A DNA stretch of 33,829 bases from Myxococcota bacterium (GTDB lineage Bacteria > Myxococcota > UBA4151), in contig JBDQPD010000032.1 of NCBI GenBank assembly GCA_040260805.1, positions 1 to 33,829 on the forward strand, given 5' to 3'. Every line of letters begins with the position of its first letter. Positions within the stretch are counted from its first letter, which is position 1. Positions 33,521 through 33,829 of the stretch are shown here, one piece after another. The notes below the pieces were generated by a model. It worked only from the letters and a program-made list of their open reading frames with translations, made no database searches and was not told where the DNA came from. Made by a program: the position numbers and the translations under genes.

Positions 33521-33829
33521 ATGATCAACGCTGTGCAGCGTATCATTCAGCGACTGCAATCGGGATCAGCCGGTTGGGCACTGATCGACCAAGGGTTCGC
33601 CAGCGGCGTAACCTTTTTGACAGGAATTTTGGTTGCGCGCCTGCTCGGGCCTGAGCAGTTCGGCGTTTTTGGTTTATTGTTCATGGTCATCTTGTTCTTT
33701 AATTCAGCTCAATATTCGCTGATCGCCTCGCCGATGATGTCGATCGCGCCCCAACTCGAAGGGGAAGAACAAACTGAATTCTTAAGCGCCCAAGGCAGCG
33801 CAGCTTTCGTCCTGATCGGGCTCAGCGTC
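33521..33829 (+). CDS. Wzx-like oligosaccharide flippase / polysaccharide biosynthesis protein, 3'-truncated by the window edge
   Basis: Not in the ORF track. AGGA SD; manual translation MINAVQRIIQRLQSGSAGWALIDQGFASGVTFLTGILVARLLGPEQFGVF...; ARLLGPEQFG is the typical flippase N-terminal motif; open to the end. Confidence 0.85.
   Translation, partial: MINAVQRIIQRLQSGSAGWALIDQGFASGVTFLTGILVARLLGPEQFGVFGLLFMVILFFNSAQYSLIASPMMSIAPQLEGEEQTEFLSAQGSAAFVLIGLSV

Overview
GC-rich, very compact bacterial chromosomal window, most consistent with Myxococcota or a related deltaproteobacterial lineage. This is inferred from the split atp operon (atpZ-atpI-atpB-atpE only), the myxobacterial Cys-rich repeat proteins and the many lipoproteins. 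Housekeeping genes: DUF1015, class I glutamine amidotransferase, NhaC-family transporter, aroK, FNR-like oxidoreductase, thyX, serS, moaC, F0 ATP synthase a/c, a 2-oxoacid dehydrogenase operon (lpdA-E1a-E1b-E2-lipB) and the start of a Wzx-like flippase. Eight predicted lipoproteins are interspersed. The most striking element is a tandem array of four paralogous lipoproteins (17737-26114), each with a Cys/Asp-rich stalk, a predicted 7-bladed beta-propeller and a C-terminal beta-sandwich. Copies 1 and 3 keep an almost invariant protein scaffold despite heavy synonymous divergence, while their differences cluster in the predicted top-face loops of the propeller. This looks like a diversified surface recognition repertoire. 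Other notes: a probable CTG start for aroK, a divergent KHQ-type ThyX motif, and RNA hairpins at the array junctions. No CRISPR, tRNA, rRNA, integrase, transposase or reverse transcriptase was recognised. All family calls come from motif recognition, not database searches.
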